A stretch of 64,000 nucleotides of DNA, taken from the IMG/VR virus record IMGVR_UViG_3300038335_000131, positions 1 through 64,000 of that record. The stretch is one strand, 5' to 3'. Shown piece by piece: positions 28,219 to 37,369 of this stretch. A program made the translations under genes and the position numbers. This DNA is from an uncultured virus (IMG/VR IMGVR_UViG_3300038335_000131) (taxonomy: Duplodnaviria > Heunggongvirae > Uroviricota > Caudoviricetes). Numbering within the stretch: position 1 is the stretch's first letter; the number at the start of each line of letters is the position of its first letter. Below the pieces are notes generated by a model, which had not been told where the DNA came from, made no database searches, and worked only from the letters and a program-made list of their open reading frames with translations.

Positions 28219-30618
28219 CTAATTAATTAAACATCCCTGACCGCACAAAATATTTCCGCCAACTAAAGGGTTTGCACCGACCAAAAGACCGCCTCCGGTT
28301 GCCGGCGGTTCTTCTCCCACCGTTTCCTCCGCACTCCAGGAACCGCTCCACGCAGGTTCGGGTTCTACGTATTGTCTAATACAACTCCAATCAGCACTTA
28401 CACCACTTGATTCTCCAACCGTTTTGAGCATTACTGCCAGATCAACGGTTGGAACATTGTTAGTTGTGCCTGTCCCATTTTGAACTCCATCGGTAAACGT
28501 CCTTACCATGTCTACGTTCTCTGCATTTTTAAAACGCATGATTTCGTAGATGTGGTATGAGCCAAAACCAATAGCATCCTGTGCGAATGTAGTATTTGCG
28601 CCAGCTTTGAATGTTTGGTGGCGTGAATGATTAGTTGCGGCTGAATCGTGATATATTCCAACCATGTCAGTAGCATCAGAGGGATTCTCGGATAAAAATA
28701 GTTGAGAATAATTGGCATCCAATAACTTGGCTTTTATTCTCAACGCAATGTTACCGGAATATGAGTTAGCGCTATAAAGATATTTAGGTGTGCTTGCTCC
28801 TGCGAGCGTACAGATTCCATCAGTTATTGATGCTGAACCAGTATCACCCGTCCAATTCGATAAATCGCCAGAAAAGTCCTCAAAGGAACGAAATGTGTTT
28901 GCCCCGTTACTGTAAGCAGAAGCACCGGCATTCCCATAATATACATAGTAAGTGGCATCTGAAGTCCCGATAGAATCACATTCTACAAAAACTGTTGCAA
29001 CTTGATTAGGTGTTGTGCCGGAAATTGACTCAATACGATAATCTAAAAGAGTTTCACCGTCCGAAGTAGTGAACCGCAAATCATTAAAATTTGATAAACA
29101 ATGTCCTTCGCAATGAAAATCACAAGCACCAGATCCTGAGCTTTCACCGACCAGCAATTTCATTTGGTAGTTAGTGACTGCGCCTGATGCACGACCTAAC
29201 GGTCTATACTTTCGATATGTCCAACCTGGTAGAGCTGTTCTTGTCCCGTTATCCGCTGTGCTTGCGTCGCTTAGTCCGTCGATGTTGATAGCTTTTATGG
29301 TGTAGGCATAAACCTGATATGCTGTCCCTGTCGTATCATCAAAAGTTGCTGTTCCATGAGCAACGACGCCGGATATATCCACTCCGTCGCGGTAAACTCT
29401 ATGACCGTCTGTTTCGCCTACCCCTGCTGTCCATGTGATTGTAACTTTATCGGTTAGATTATCGGTAGCGGAAACATCTGTGGGAGCACTTGGTAAACTC
29501 GCGACATACCCACTATTAATTAAATAATTATTATAACGACAGGTTATATTAGGATTGCTATTCCAACGATGTATGAATAAGAAAGGATTTAATACATTTC
29601 CATCACTTCCTACTGTGATTATTCCTCCTAAAGAAGTCCATGAACCTGTCCCGTCTTTAAAACAAGCGATAAATGAATTATCAATCCTTATTATTTTTAA
29701 AGAACCATAAGAATTGGTTCGACTGGCCGTTGCGTATGTAGCACTTCCTCCATTTTGATAACCCCTTACAAACATTTTAGAACTATCATACGATGCTGAT
29801 ATAAAAAACCAGTGTGTGGAATCTATATAAACATTTAATTGAGATTCGTAACTATTTGTGGCGGGCGGACTTTGAAAAGCAAAATCTACCTGACAATTAA
29901 AATTGCCTGATGGTAAATATTTTGATGTGATTTGTTCTCCAGAAATTAGTTCAGCAGCATTCCCTTGAATATCTGGAGTACCGATATTAATTAACCATTT
30001 ACTCGTATCTATTGCCGAACTATCAGCACCTGTAAAGGTATCATCGTAAGGTGTAGCAATAGGATAACCATCAATAAATGCAAAATTATCATAACGCACT
30101 GTTACATCGGGATTAGTATCCCAACGGGCGGTATATAACTGTACCGATACAGTATTTCCGGCACTTCCGACGGTTACACCTGTATCCAGTTCGGTCCATG
30201 TCCCCGTCGCGTCACGGTAAAAACATTTAAACGAGGTGCCTAATCTCATCAGGGCTAATTTCCCGGAACTGTTTGTCCGGGACACCTGATTATATGTCCA
30301 AGATCCGCCATTTATGTAACCGCGCTGAAAATAATTCCCGCCGCCATGTCGTGAAGCAGAAATATATATTTTATGAGTACCGTCGATTATGGCGGTTAAT
30401 TGTGCAGCATAACTATTAGCAGCAGCAGGGCTTTGGAATGCAAAACCTACTATGACAAAAAAATCGCCGGTAAATGTAAGAAGGGACGTTACACTTTCAG
30501 TAGCAATACATTCAAGCGTATTGTTCTGAATATCAGGCGATCCTGCCTTTGACCATTTAGCAGCGTCTGGTGCATCTCCGTTATTCCCGGTAAAAGTATC
30601 ATCGTAAGGTGTCGTCAT
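28219..30618 (-). CDS. DUF2341-domain accessory virion protein with duplicated N-terminal domain and FN3 domain
   Basis: Two TPYDDTFTG units; PSAPTDVSA..VTITW..Y.Y.IKA.N; FNDLRFT..DG.T.L.Y.IE...YYGN. Confidence 0.7.
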   Translation of the reverse strand: MTTPYDDTFTGNNGDAPDAAKWSKAGSPDIQNNTLECIATESVTSLLTFTGDFFVIVGFAFQSPAAANSYAAQLTAIIDGTHKIYISASRHGGGNYFQRGYINGGSWTYNQVSRTNSSGKLALMRLGTSFKCFYRDATGTWTELDTGVTVGSAGNTVSVQLYTARWDTNPDVTVRYDNFAFIDGYPIATPYDDTFTGADSSAIDTSKWLINIGTPDIQGNAAELISGEQITSKYLPSGNFNCQVDFAFQSPPATNSYESQLNVYIDSTHWFFISASYDSSKMFVRGYQNGGSATYATASRTNSYGSLKIIRIDNSFIACFKDGTGSWTSLGGIITVGSDGNVLNPFLFIHRWNSNPNITCRYNNYLINSGYVASLPSAPTDVSATDNLTDKVTITWTAGVGETDGHRVYRDGVDISGVVAHGTATFDDTTGTAYQVYAYTIKAINIDGLSDASTADNGTRTALPGWTYRKYRPLGRASGAVTNYQMKLLVGESSGSGACDFHCEGHCLSNFNDLRFTTSDGETLLDYRIESISGTTPNQVATVFVECDSIGTSDATYYVYYGNAGASAYSNGANTFRSFEDFSGDLSNWTGDTGSASITDGICTLAGASTPKYLYSANSYSGNIALRIKAKLLDANYSQLFLSENPSDATDMVGIYHDSAATNHSRHQTFKAGANTTFAQDAIGFGSYHIYEIMRFKNAENVDMVRTFTDGVQNGTGTTNNVPTVDLAVMLKTVGESSGVSADWSCIRQYVEPEPAWSGSWSAEETVGEEPPATGGGLLVGANPLVGGNILCGQGCLIN

Positions 30619-30668
30619 TACTTATTCGCCATCCCTTGATTTTTATTTGCCCTTAATAAACCGGACGC

Positions 30669-31624
30669 CTACAGATAATTGCCTGCTTTTAATCGTCCGT
30701 TTCTCGGAATAATACTTGCCCGGGATATAACCACCGTGGAGAATTCCCTATTGAAGAAAGTCATAAAATCCACGTCGGTATCGGGAATAGAAATACCCTT
30801 CGTAATAATGCGCACAACACCCTCTGTAAATATCTCGTCAAACTTCCCTTCCCATGGGATTGTCTGAGTGGCTAATGTCAACACCGTCGGAATTGCGTTG
30901 TATTTACCTTTGACTAATATATCGACAGCCGGAGTAGGCCGGAGATAGAATGTTGAACCGATTATCTTATAAACGTCCGGTTTATAATTATCGGTCAGAC
31001 TGGAATAAGAATACCAATCCCACCAACTTACATCATGGTCGTCGGCGTCGTCGTTTAGATAATTAGGCTGTAAAGGTTTGACATATCCCGTCCAACCCTC
31101 GTCCGAATTCTCAGTAGAAATAATGACGTATTGGCCCGTAGTAAGAGAAAGACCTGTTTGAGTGGTAAGGCTCTTCGTCCCCGTACCGCAGACAACACTT
31201 GTTGTTGAAGTTCCCAGGGTTGCCGCTGGCGTTCCCGGAGTAGCACCAACGGCTATATTCCATGTCGCAAGGGTATCGGTTCCACTGGCTGAGGTTACAT
31301 TTACAACCAATGCGCCGGTTGCGGAATTATAAGACGTAACTGTTCCGGCCATCCAATTAGTAATGAGTTCTTCATAGCGCGGCCTCTCAGCAAGAGAAAT
31401 GAAATTACTTGGCAGTGTGGCGTAATATCCGAATGCTGCAATCGATAAATTGAGATCACCGGTCGCCTGTAAATCAGATTTCTTGTCCAGTAAATTTTTA
31501 TAGATAAGAGACTGAATCGAAGTAGCCGCCTGAAATACCGTTATCCCGCTAACTGGAGCTCTCCCTANNNNNNNNNNCTCCCTAGTCGCGGCAACACCGC
31601 CAATATGAGTTCACTCATTAACAT
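30669..31624 (-). CDS. Head-tail adaptor-like protein, interrupted by a 10-N scaffold gap
   Basis: Collapsing the duplicated CTCCCTA around the gap gives one frame MLMSELILAVLPRLGRAPVSG...WMAGTV...; FYLRPTP motif. Confidence 0.65.
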
Positions 31625-31627
31625 AAT

Positions 31628-32095
31628 TTAGGCCTTTTTCTTGGTTAGTTGTCCTACCTCATCTTCGACTTTGCTTTCCTCTGGAAGCTGCACGGCTTCC
31701 TGCAGGAAAGTGTATGCTTCCATTTCCGACTTGAAAGGCACTACTGCCGTGCCTTTTGTCACCCATTCGCCATTTTCTCCGGCAATCTTAATGGGTTTCT
31801 TGCGCCTATCAACGGCGACATATCCCGCCTCTGAATACTTCTCGATTGAAAAACCCTTCATCAAATCCGGTTTTTTAGCTTCTAACGCTCGCTCTGCCTC
31901 AACTTTTTCCTGATCGTATTCTTCATACATCGACAACTTCAAAAGATGGTCAATGTGACTCTGCTTACTGACCTCACACACCGAGGTTGTCATTTCGCCC
32001 TTCTTCGATCCCGGTATCGGCATAAAGAGATATTTCGTGTTTTCCAATGTTACCGTCGTCGGGCCTTCTCGTTTAATCAAACAATGAATAAGCAT
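31628..32095 (-). CDS. Hypothetical protein (post-capsid cluster)
   Basis: AGGAGGAG SD; 155 aa. Confidence 0.6.
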   Translation of the reverse strand: MLIHCLIKREGPTTVTLENTKYLFMPIPGSKKGEMTTSVCEVSKQSHIDHLLKLSMYEEYDQEKVEAERALEAKKPDLMKGFSIEKYSEAGYVAVDRRKKPIKIAGENGEWVTKGTAVVPFKSEMEAYTFLQEAVQLPEESKVEDEVGQLTKKKA

Positions 32096-32113
32096 CGTGC
32101 TCCTCCTGATTTT

Positions 32114-32145
32114 AAAAGAAAGGGCGAGGCGATCCCCGCCCTTTT
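32114..32145 (-). terminator. Rho-independent terminator
   Basis: AAAGGGCG...CGCCCTTTCTTTT on the minus strand. Confidence 0.7.
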
Positions 32146-32164
32146 GGTTAATTAATTACCGGCA

Positions 32165-32395
32165 TTAATCCTGATCGATTAACATACCGATACCGATTGT
32201 TCCCGCTTTACCCGTGGTCGCCTTGGTCGTGATATCAATGGCGATAATCCTGTCATGGAGTTTATCGACACCGACATTGACCATCTGCGCCAGAGTTAAG
32301 GCATCTATTCTTCCGCCTGCCTGCCCGAGTGTTGAACCGGTGAGTATATTGCCATATACAATTACGGTTCCATCGGCCAGAGTGACCGATCCACT
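32165..32395 (-). pseudogene. 3' remnant of a probable capsid-decoration gene truncated by the Mu-like insertion
   Basis: Startless frame SGSVTLADGTVIVYGNILTGSTLGQAGG...GTIGIGMLIDQD* followed by a terminator. Confidence 0.7.
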
Positions 32396-32480
32396 TGTGG
32401 CGGGGCGTGATAGCGCGATGGCAAAATGCGCGATAAATCACTTCCCAAATTCATTTGATTGTATCAAGGTTCATTTGATT
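32396..32480. repeat. Mu-like prophage end: terminal TGT and repeated TTCATTTGATT (32450-32460, 32470-32480), putative transposase sites
   Basis: Mu-type elements have TG...CA ends with repeated transposase binding sites. Confidence 0.6.
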
Positions 32481-33274
32481 ATCCCCGCCGCCGATCGATA
32501 TTTACCCTCCTCATAGTTCCTGATCAGCAGCTCTTTTACACTTTTTTTCTTGTTTGCGCCACCGGCAGTATATGTCGTCCCGACTGCCTCGATTTTAAAC
32601 CCTTTGAACAAACTCCGGATGTCCGGGACATCATTTATCGACATTATAAATTTACCCTTTATTCCAGCCAATATATCCTTCAACCGGCCAAAGTCTTCCC
32701 GGCTGAATATCCCTTTGCCGTAATAATCCTCAAAGCCATAATAAGGAGGGTCACAATAGAAGAAGGTGTCAGGCTTATCAAATCGGTTAATAATGGCGTC
32801 AAACGGCCTATTCTCCACATATACCCTAGAGAGACGAAGATGCACCGCTGATAACTCCTCTTCGATCCGCAGCAGATTGAGTCGCGGGCGTGACGTTGTG
32901 GCTATATTAAAGGATGGGTTTTCCAATCGCGCTGCAAATCCGGATTTTAAAAGATAATAAAACCGCACTGCCTTCTGGATATCCGTCAGAGTATCCGGAT
33001 TCTCCAGTTTGAAACGTTCGAATTCATCCCTGGCCATGAGTATCCATTTTAAATAGCGAATAAACTCTTCCAGATGGAGTTTGACCACTCTATATAATGT
33101 AACCAGATCGGTATTGATATCGTTGATTATTTCAACGTTTGATTCTTCCTTCCGAAACAGCAGCCAGGCCGCGCCAGCGAATACTTCACAATAGCAATTA
33201 TGATCCGGAATCTTTGTGATGATCTTCTTTGTTAAAAGCGATTTTCCGCCCATGTACGCGAGAAAACTATTCAT
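32471..33274 (-). CDS. D12-class DNA adenine methyltransferase in the mom position
   Basis: YMGGKS, EVFAGAAW, INDIN.DL, YCDPPY; GGAGG SD before ATG 33274. Confidence 0.9.
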   Translation of the reverse strand: MNSFLAYMGGKSLLTKKIITKIPDHNCYCEVFAGAAWLLFRKEESNVEIINDINTDLVTLYRVVKLHLEEFIRYLKWILMARDEFERFKLENPDTLTDIQKAVRFYYLLKSGFAARLENPSFNIATTSRPRLNLLRIEEELSAVHLRLSRVYVENRPFDAIINRFDKPDTFFYCDPPYYGFEDYYGKGIFSREDFGRLKDILAGIKGKFIMSINDVPDIRSLFKGFKIEAVGTTYTAGGANKKKSVKELLIRNYEEGKYRSAAGIIK

Positions 33275-33285
33275 GCGATCCTCCA

Positions 33286-33314
33286 TTGATTTATGGGATG
33301 CCGCCTGATATATT
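33286..33314 (+). promoter_or_regulatory. Sigma70 promoter with extended -10, antisense to late genes
   Basis: TTGATT-N17-TATATT with TG at 33306-33307. Confidence 0.65.
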
Positions 33315-33319
33315 CCGGC

Positions 33320-33416
33320 CCTGGTTCACTGGGTGGATGGTAGCAGGTCATCCTGTCTTGCGAGTATTGATCGCATGGTTTTGGGAGTTGGCGCTCCCAT
33401 AATTACTGTCCGCCTT
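33320..33416 (+). ncRNA. Candidate cloverleaf ncRNA upstream and antisense of the methylase
   Basis: 12-bp closing stem 33332-33343/33403-33414 with 4 G-U pairs enclosing three hairpins. Confidence 0.65.
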
Positions 33417-33420
33417 TCGC

Positions 33421-34800
33421 TTAATATTTAATGATCATCATCCTTGTTGTATTTACCGGGCGTGTTTCGTTTCCGCCTGTTGAACCTGTAGTTTTAGATG
33501 ATGATCCGCCAAGCCCATCACCAGCGCTACCGTCACCATACATTTCATCACGTGTTGCTGTTTTAGCTGGCATAGCATGTGTGTGCGCCTTTAAAGCTTC
33601 GGCTTGTTCAGTCCCGACATGATCTCCTGATGTTCCATCTCCGCGATCCGTCCGGCTGGCTCTATCAGGATCAATGGCCGCACCATGATCCCATACACGA
33701 AGGAACATACCTCTGGAATCCGGCAAATTAAAGGTAGTGCTTCCATCGCCAGAGCCATACATTGTGCTAATTACTGCAAATAATGCAGCGTAGGTTGTGC
33801 GCGATATTGCCGCCCCGTTTTCTTCCAGCCATCCTGCCGGGGGTGTTTCTTTCGGCCAAAACATTTCTGCGCCAACCGGTATAGTTGAAAGAGGTGTGTC
33901 CAATTGATAATAGGTACCGTCATGATGAACGGTAATAATGCCTCCAGCCTGAATATCGCCTGACTGAAGGGCCGTTCCATCTTTCCTTTTGATTGCTATC
34001 GCGCCCGGCCCTGGATTAAACGTGCTTGCGCCGGTGTTTGCGTTAGTAGCCTTAAAAGTAAGCGGCAGACCGGCAATATGCGCCGTTAAAGCCGGGGAAT
34101 ATGTGGCCACGTACGCATTCGCCGAGCCGGTATCAGCCGCGTAATATAAAGTAGGCGTGGCAGATTGTAATTGATAATAGGTACCGTCGTGCTGAACGGT
34201 AATGAGGCCTCCAGCCGGAATATCGCCGCGTTGTAAAGCGGTACCATCTTTCCTTTTGATTGCTATCGCGCCCGGCCCTGGATTGAAAGTGCTCGCGCCG
34301 GTATTTGCGTTAGTAGCCTTAAAAGTAAGCGGCAGACCGGCAATATGCGCCGTTAAAGCCGGGGAATATGTGGCCACATACGCATTCGCCGCGCCGGTAT
34401 CAGCCGCGTAATATAAAGTAGGAGTGGCAGATTGTAATTGATAATAGGTACCGTCATGCTGAACGGTAATTATGCCGCCAGCCGGAATATCGCCGCGTTG
34501 TAAAGCGGTACCATCTTTCCTTTTGATTGCTATAGCGCCCGGCCCTGGATTGAAAGTGCTCGCGCCGGTATTTGCGTTAGTAGCCTTAAAAGTAAGCGGC
34601 AGACCGGCAATATGCGCTGTTAAAGCCGGGGAATATGTGGCCACATACGCATTCGCCGAGCCGGTATCGACGGCGTAATCAATCGGACATGAGCCGTCAA
34701 CATCGCGGCCATCATGGCGGTGATTTTGCATCGCATTTAAAAATGCCGCTGTAACGAGCGTCCCTGGAGAGACAGAATCCTGAAATGGTGTTTTACTCAT
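33421..34800 (-). CDS. Tail fibre with three 89-aa tandem repeats and tail-collar domain
   Basis: 267-bp period repeats (YAADTG.ANAYVATYSPALTAH...); PAGWLEENG.AISRTTYAALF...FNLPDSRG.F.R. Confidence 0.85.
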   Translation of the reverse strand: MSKTPFQDSVSPGTLVTAAFLNAMQNHRHDGRDVDGSCPIDYAVDTGSANAYVATYSPALTAHIAGLPLTFKATNANTGASTFNPGPGAIAIKRKDGTALQRGDIPAGGIITVQHDGTYYQLQSATPTLYYAADTGAANAYVATYSPALTAHIAGLPLTFKATNANTGASTFNPGPGAIAIKRKDGTALQRGDIPAGGLITVQHDGTYYQLQSATPTLYYAADTGSANAYVATYSPALTAHIAGLPLTFKATNANTGASTFNPGPGAIAIKRKDGTALQSGDIQAGGIITVHHDGTYYQLDTPLSTIPVGAEMFWPKETPPAGWLEENGAAISRTTYAALFAVISTMYGSGDGSTTFNLPDSRGMFLRVWDHGAAIDPDRASRTDRGDGTSGDHVGTEQAEALKAHTHAMPAKTATRDEMYGDGSAGDGLGGSSSKTTGSTGGNETRPVNTTRMMIIKY

Positions 34801-34812
34801 ATTGGTCTCCTT

Positions 34813-35337
34813 TTATGCGTAGGCATAGATGACTTGTGTGTGCGCCGGTTTTATATCTGTAAAAAGCCCTTCTAGCGCTGAGGCTATTCCGGCATCAATC
34901 AGAGGGTCACCGGCGCGTGATTGCCCGGCCCTGAAATAGATCACCGGTATTCCTGTAAAAGTGACCCGCCAGCGGAAACGGCCTTCCAGTCCATATCCAT
35001 CAGTGTTCGGCAGTAGCTCCTCGATTGTCACGGTATAACCCATTGTCTCCGCCAGTGCGGCAAAATAGGGAAGGGACAATCCGCCGCGTTCGCGCAGTCT
35101 GGCGATTACCCGCAACTGGCGCGTCTGCAGGAGGTCGCCTGTGGCGGGTATAAGGCCGCAAACCCGTTCCCAGTCTTCTATGGTACTATCGCACGATTCC
35201 GGGAAGGCCTCTCTTAATAACAATTCCGCGCTGGCTTGAGCGGCATCCAACTGTGCGCCTTCCAGGGCAAGATCGTCATCGAACACGCCGCCGAGGGCTA
35301 TCGGTAATAATGATTTTAGTACATCCTTATGAAACAC
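34813..35337 (-). CDS. Baseplate protein gp48/YmfQ (DUF2313)
   Basis: DWERVCGL, GGLSLPYF, KPAHT motifs. Confidence 0.85.
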   Translation of the reverse strand: MFHKDVLKSLLPIALGGVFDDDLALEGAQLDAAQASAELLLREAFPESCDSTIEDWERVCGLIPATGDLLQTRQLRVIARLRERGGLSLPYFAALAETMGYTVTIEELLPNTDGYGLEGRFRWRVTFTGIPVIYFRAGQSRAGDPLIDAGIASALEGLFTDIKPAHTQVIYAYA

Positions 35338-36526
35338 TGATCGCTCCTGGTCTGATCATCTGATATGTGGTGGCTGAGACATCCGACGCCGGTGTGGAGA
35401 CTGTCGCGTTTGCCGCGCCCGCGTCCATCGCGATCTGCACGAGTTTAGCCTTGTACAGCGTCTGTCCGGGTATCATTGTATTCATATAAGCTTCGATATT
35501 GTCGGCAATGGCAGCCAGATCAATGCCCGTACCGGTGGCAGTCATTGTAACGGCCTGTGTGACCGGTGTCGGCGCGAAAATGGTCACTTTAGAAGCCGTT
35601 ACCGGGCGCAACGGATCGATGTATGATTTAACCTGCGCGACAAGGCCTTTAATGACGTAGCTTTTACCCGTGGCGAGGAAAATATCATCGGTCAGCGTAG
35701 CCTGCCCGGCTGCGTCTACGGTATCAATGGTGGTTTCTGTATTGTCCGTTATGTTTTCTACTATGTCGCCGGGTTTGACGGTGTAAGTAGAATCAGTGAA
35801 TGCACCGGCGCTGTCTACCAGTTTGCCCGCGCTAATAGAGGTGTTAACTCCTGTATGCGAATGGATAATATAAGGCTCACCGGCATATTTAAAAATATCA
35901 GCCACCAGCGTCAACTGAATGGCGCTGTCCACGGTGGATACGGTAGTCTGCGTCCCGCGCAGCGGATTTTCCACGATATCACCTGCGGCCACGGCGTGGG
36001 CTGTTGTGAACGTGCCCGCAGAGTCTTTTAATTTGCCCACTGTAACTGATGTCGTCACACCGATCCGCGCCGATGAGCTGGGAATCTCGCTGCCGGTTGT
36101 GTCGACGTCAGCCAGGATAATCACGTCCACCGTGCCCAAACCCTGACCCAGTGGGACGCACCAGGCCTGGGCGACACCGTCGATCTCTTTTGCCCACTTG
36201 ATATAATCGTATTGATTGCCGCCTGCCGGTGGACGGCGGATATATTCGAGGATGCGCGCCAGATAATCGGCATCGGTTTCGCCAACGTTGCGGGATATTC
36301 CGCGCACCCAGCCGTGATGCTCAAGATACGCGGTCTCCGCCGTGTCCGGAAACATCTGCTTTGCGATCCAGTCCTGATATTTATAGAGACCCCAAAGAGC
36401 CGATGCCAGGCAAGCGCTTTTCATATAGATTAGGCTGCCCTGGGAAAGGTCGGCCTCCGGAAACTGATTTTGCCAGTCCGTTAAAATGGCCGCGAAGAGT
36501 GTGTCAAAATCTTTTTGAAAATCCAT
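35327..36526 (-). CDS. Baseplate J/gp47 protein with duplicated inserted domain
   Basis: E.DADY..RI....R.PPAGGN..DY..WA....GV..AW..P...G.GTVDV; RPVTA. Confidence 0.85.
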   Translation of the reverse strand: MDFQKDFDTLFAAILTDWQNQFPEADLSQGSLIYMKSACLASALWGLYKYQDWIAKQMFPDTAETAYLEHHGWVRGISRNVGETDADYLARILEYIRRPPAGGNQYDYIKWAKEIDGVAQAWCVPLGQGLGTVDVIILADVDTTGSEIPSSSARIGVTTSVTVGKLKDSAGTFTTAHAVAAGDIVENPLRGTQTTVSTVDSAIQLTLVADIFKYAGEPYIIHSHTGVNTSISAGKLVDSAGAFTDSTYTVKPGDIVENITDNTETTIDTVDAAGQATLTDDIFLATGKSYVIKGLVAQVKSYIDPLRPVTASKVTIFAPTPVTQAVTMTATGTGIDLAAIADNIEAYMNTMIPGQTLYKAKLVQIAMDAGAANATVSTPASDVSATTYQMIRPGAISVS

Positions 36527-36527
36527 A

Positions 36528-36896
36528 TCAAATTACCTCTATAAAAGTTGAGAAGGCCACCGGCGCAGCGCCGGAGTATGGTGTCACTTCAATGAGCAGT
36601 TTCAGCCGGTTTAAATCCTCTGTCCGGTCGCGCTGGGCGTAGACATTCACGGCTGACGCTTTACCGGCGTCGATCATCCACTGCAGGGCTTCCTTGCAGT
36701 AATCAATTGCCAGGCGCATGGTTGTATCGGTGTTTTTAGCTCTCTGGAGCAGATGCAGGCGGGAGCCAAAAGAAGTATTAGCAAAAAATGATCCGCGCGC
36801 GACGACCAGCGATAAATAGATGTTGTTCATTATCGTTTCGACCTTGTTAAAGGTCATCGCGCCGATGCCACTCTCTGTTGTTATAGCAAAATCCAT
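36528..36896 (-). CDS. Baseplate protein gp46
   Basis: GSRLHLLQRAK...A..YC.EALQWM.D.G.A. Confidence 0.85.
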   Translation of the reverse strand: MDFAITTESGIGAMTFNKVETIMNNIYLSLVVARGSFFANTSFGSRLHLLQRAKNTDTTMRLAIDYCKEALQWMIDAGKASAVNVYAQRDRTEDLNRLKLLIEVTPYSGAAPVAFSTFIEVI

Positions 36897-36898
36897 AT

Positions 36899-37369
36899 TT
36901 ACCCTGCCTTTGTGACGGATGTGCCTACGTTTGCAGTGAGCAGCGCCTGATCAGGAGCGGAGCCACCGTTGTGTGTATGTGCCAGTAACCAGGTAACAAG
37001 CCGTTCATCCATTAGGTATCGCGTTGTGCCGCCACCTAATATGATTGCAGGGCTATCGACCTTTACTTCCGCGCCACTTACGATTTCTATTTTTCTGTCA
37101 CGCTTCAAATGAATTTTGTCACCCTCATCGGTATAGATTGCGACTTCGCCGTCTTCGAGCGCTATGCGGTACCGGCGATCATCGGAGGCAATCGCCACAA
37201 TATGATTGCCTTCCCGGATCATGATAATTTCCGCGCCTTCTTTGGGACGCGACGTGAATCCGTAGTGCTGGAAATACTCTCTGTCTTCAAACGATTCATC
37301 CGTCCGTCCGGACGCGGTAAAGAGTTTGATTAAGCCTTCAGTCACTGAGGTTACAATGCCACGAATCAT
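36899..37369 (-). CDS. Baseplate spike gp45
   Basis: QHYGFTSRP..GAE, DDRRYR..L..GEVAIY; HTH tip motif. Confidence 0.85.
   Translation of the reverse strand: MIRGIVTSVTEGLIKLFTASGRTDESFEDREYFQHYGFTSRPKEGAEIIMIREGNHIVAIASDDRRYRIALEDGEVAIYTDEGDKIHLKRDRKIEIVSGAEVKVDSPAIILGGGTTRYLMDERLVTWLLAHTHNGGSAPDQALLTANVGTSVTKAG

Larger units (their letters stand above)
1..32395 (-). mobile_element. Temperate podovirus-like prophage, late (virion + lysis) region, partial
   Basis: Co-oriented adaptor, tail tubular, ejection, giant DarB-like, tail fibre and endolysin genes; no tape measure or sheath in this part. Confidence 0.85.

Noticed and set aside
32214..32516. + strand 100-aa ORF across the phage junction
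   Set aside because: Antisense to the truncated gene and spans the insertion boundary; chance ORF.
32471..33274. Restriction-modification or defence system
   Set aside because: Orphan methylase in the usual mom position with no nuclease partner.
33332..33414. Canonical tRNA gene
   Set aside because: Cloverleaf-like, but with a 12-bp closing stem, no TTCRA loop, no D-loop GG and no CCA; kept as a candidate ncRNA.
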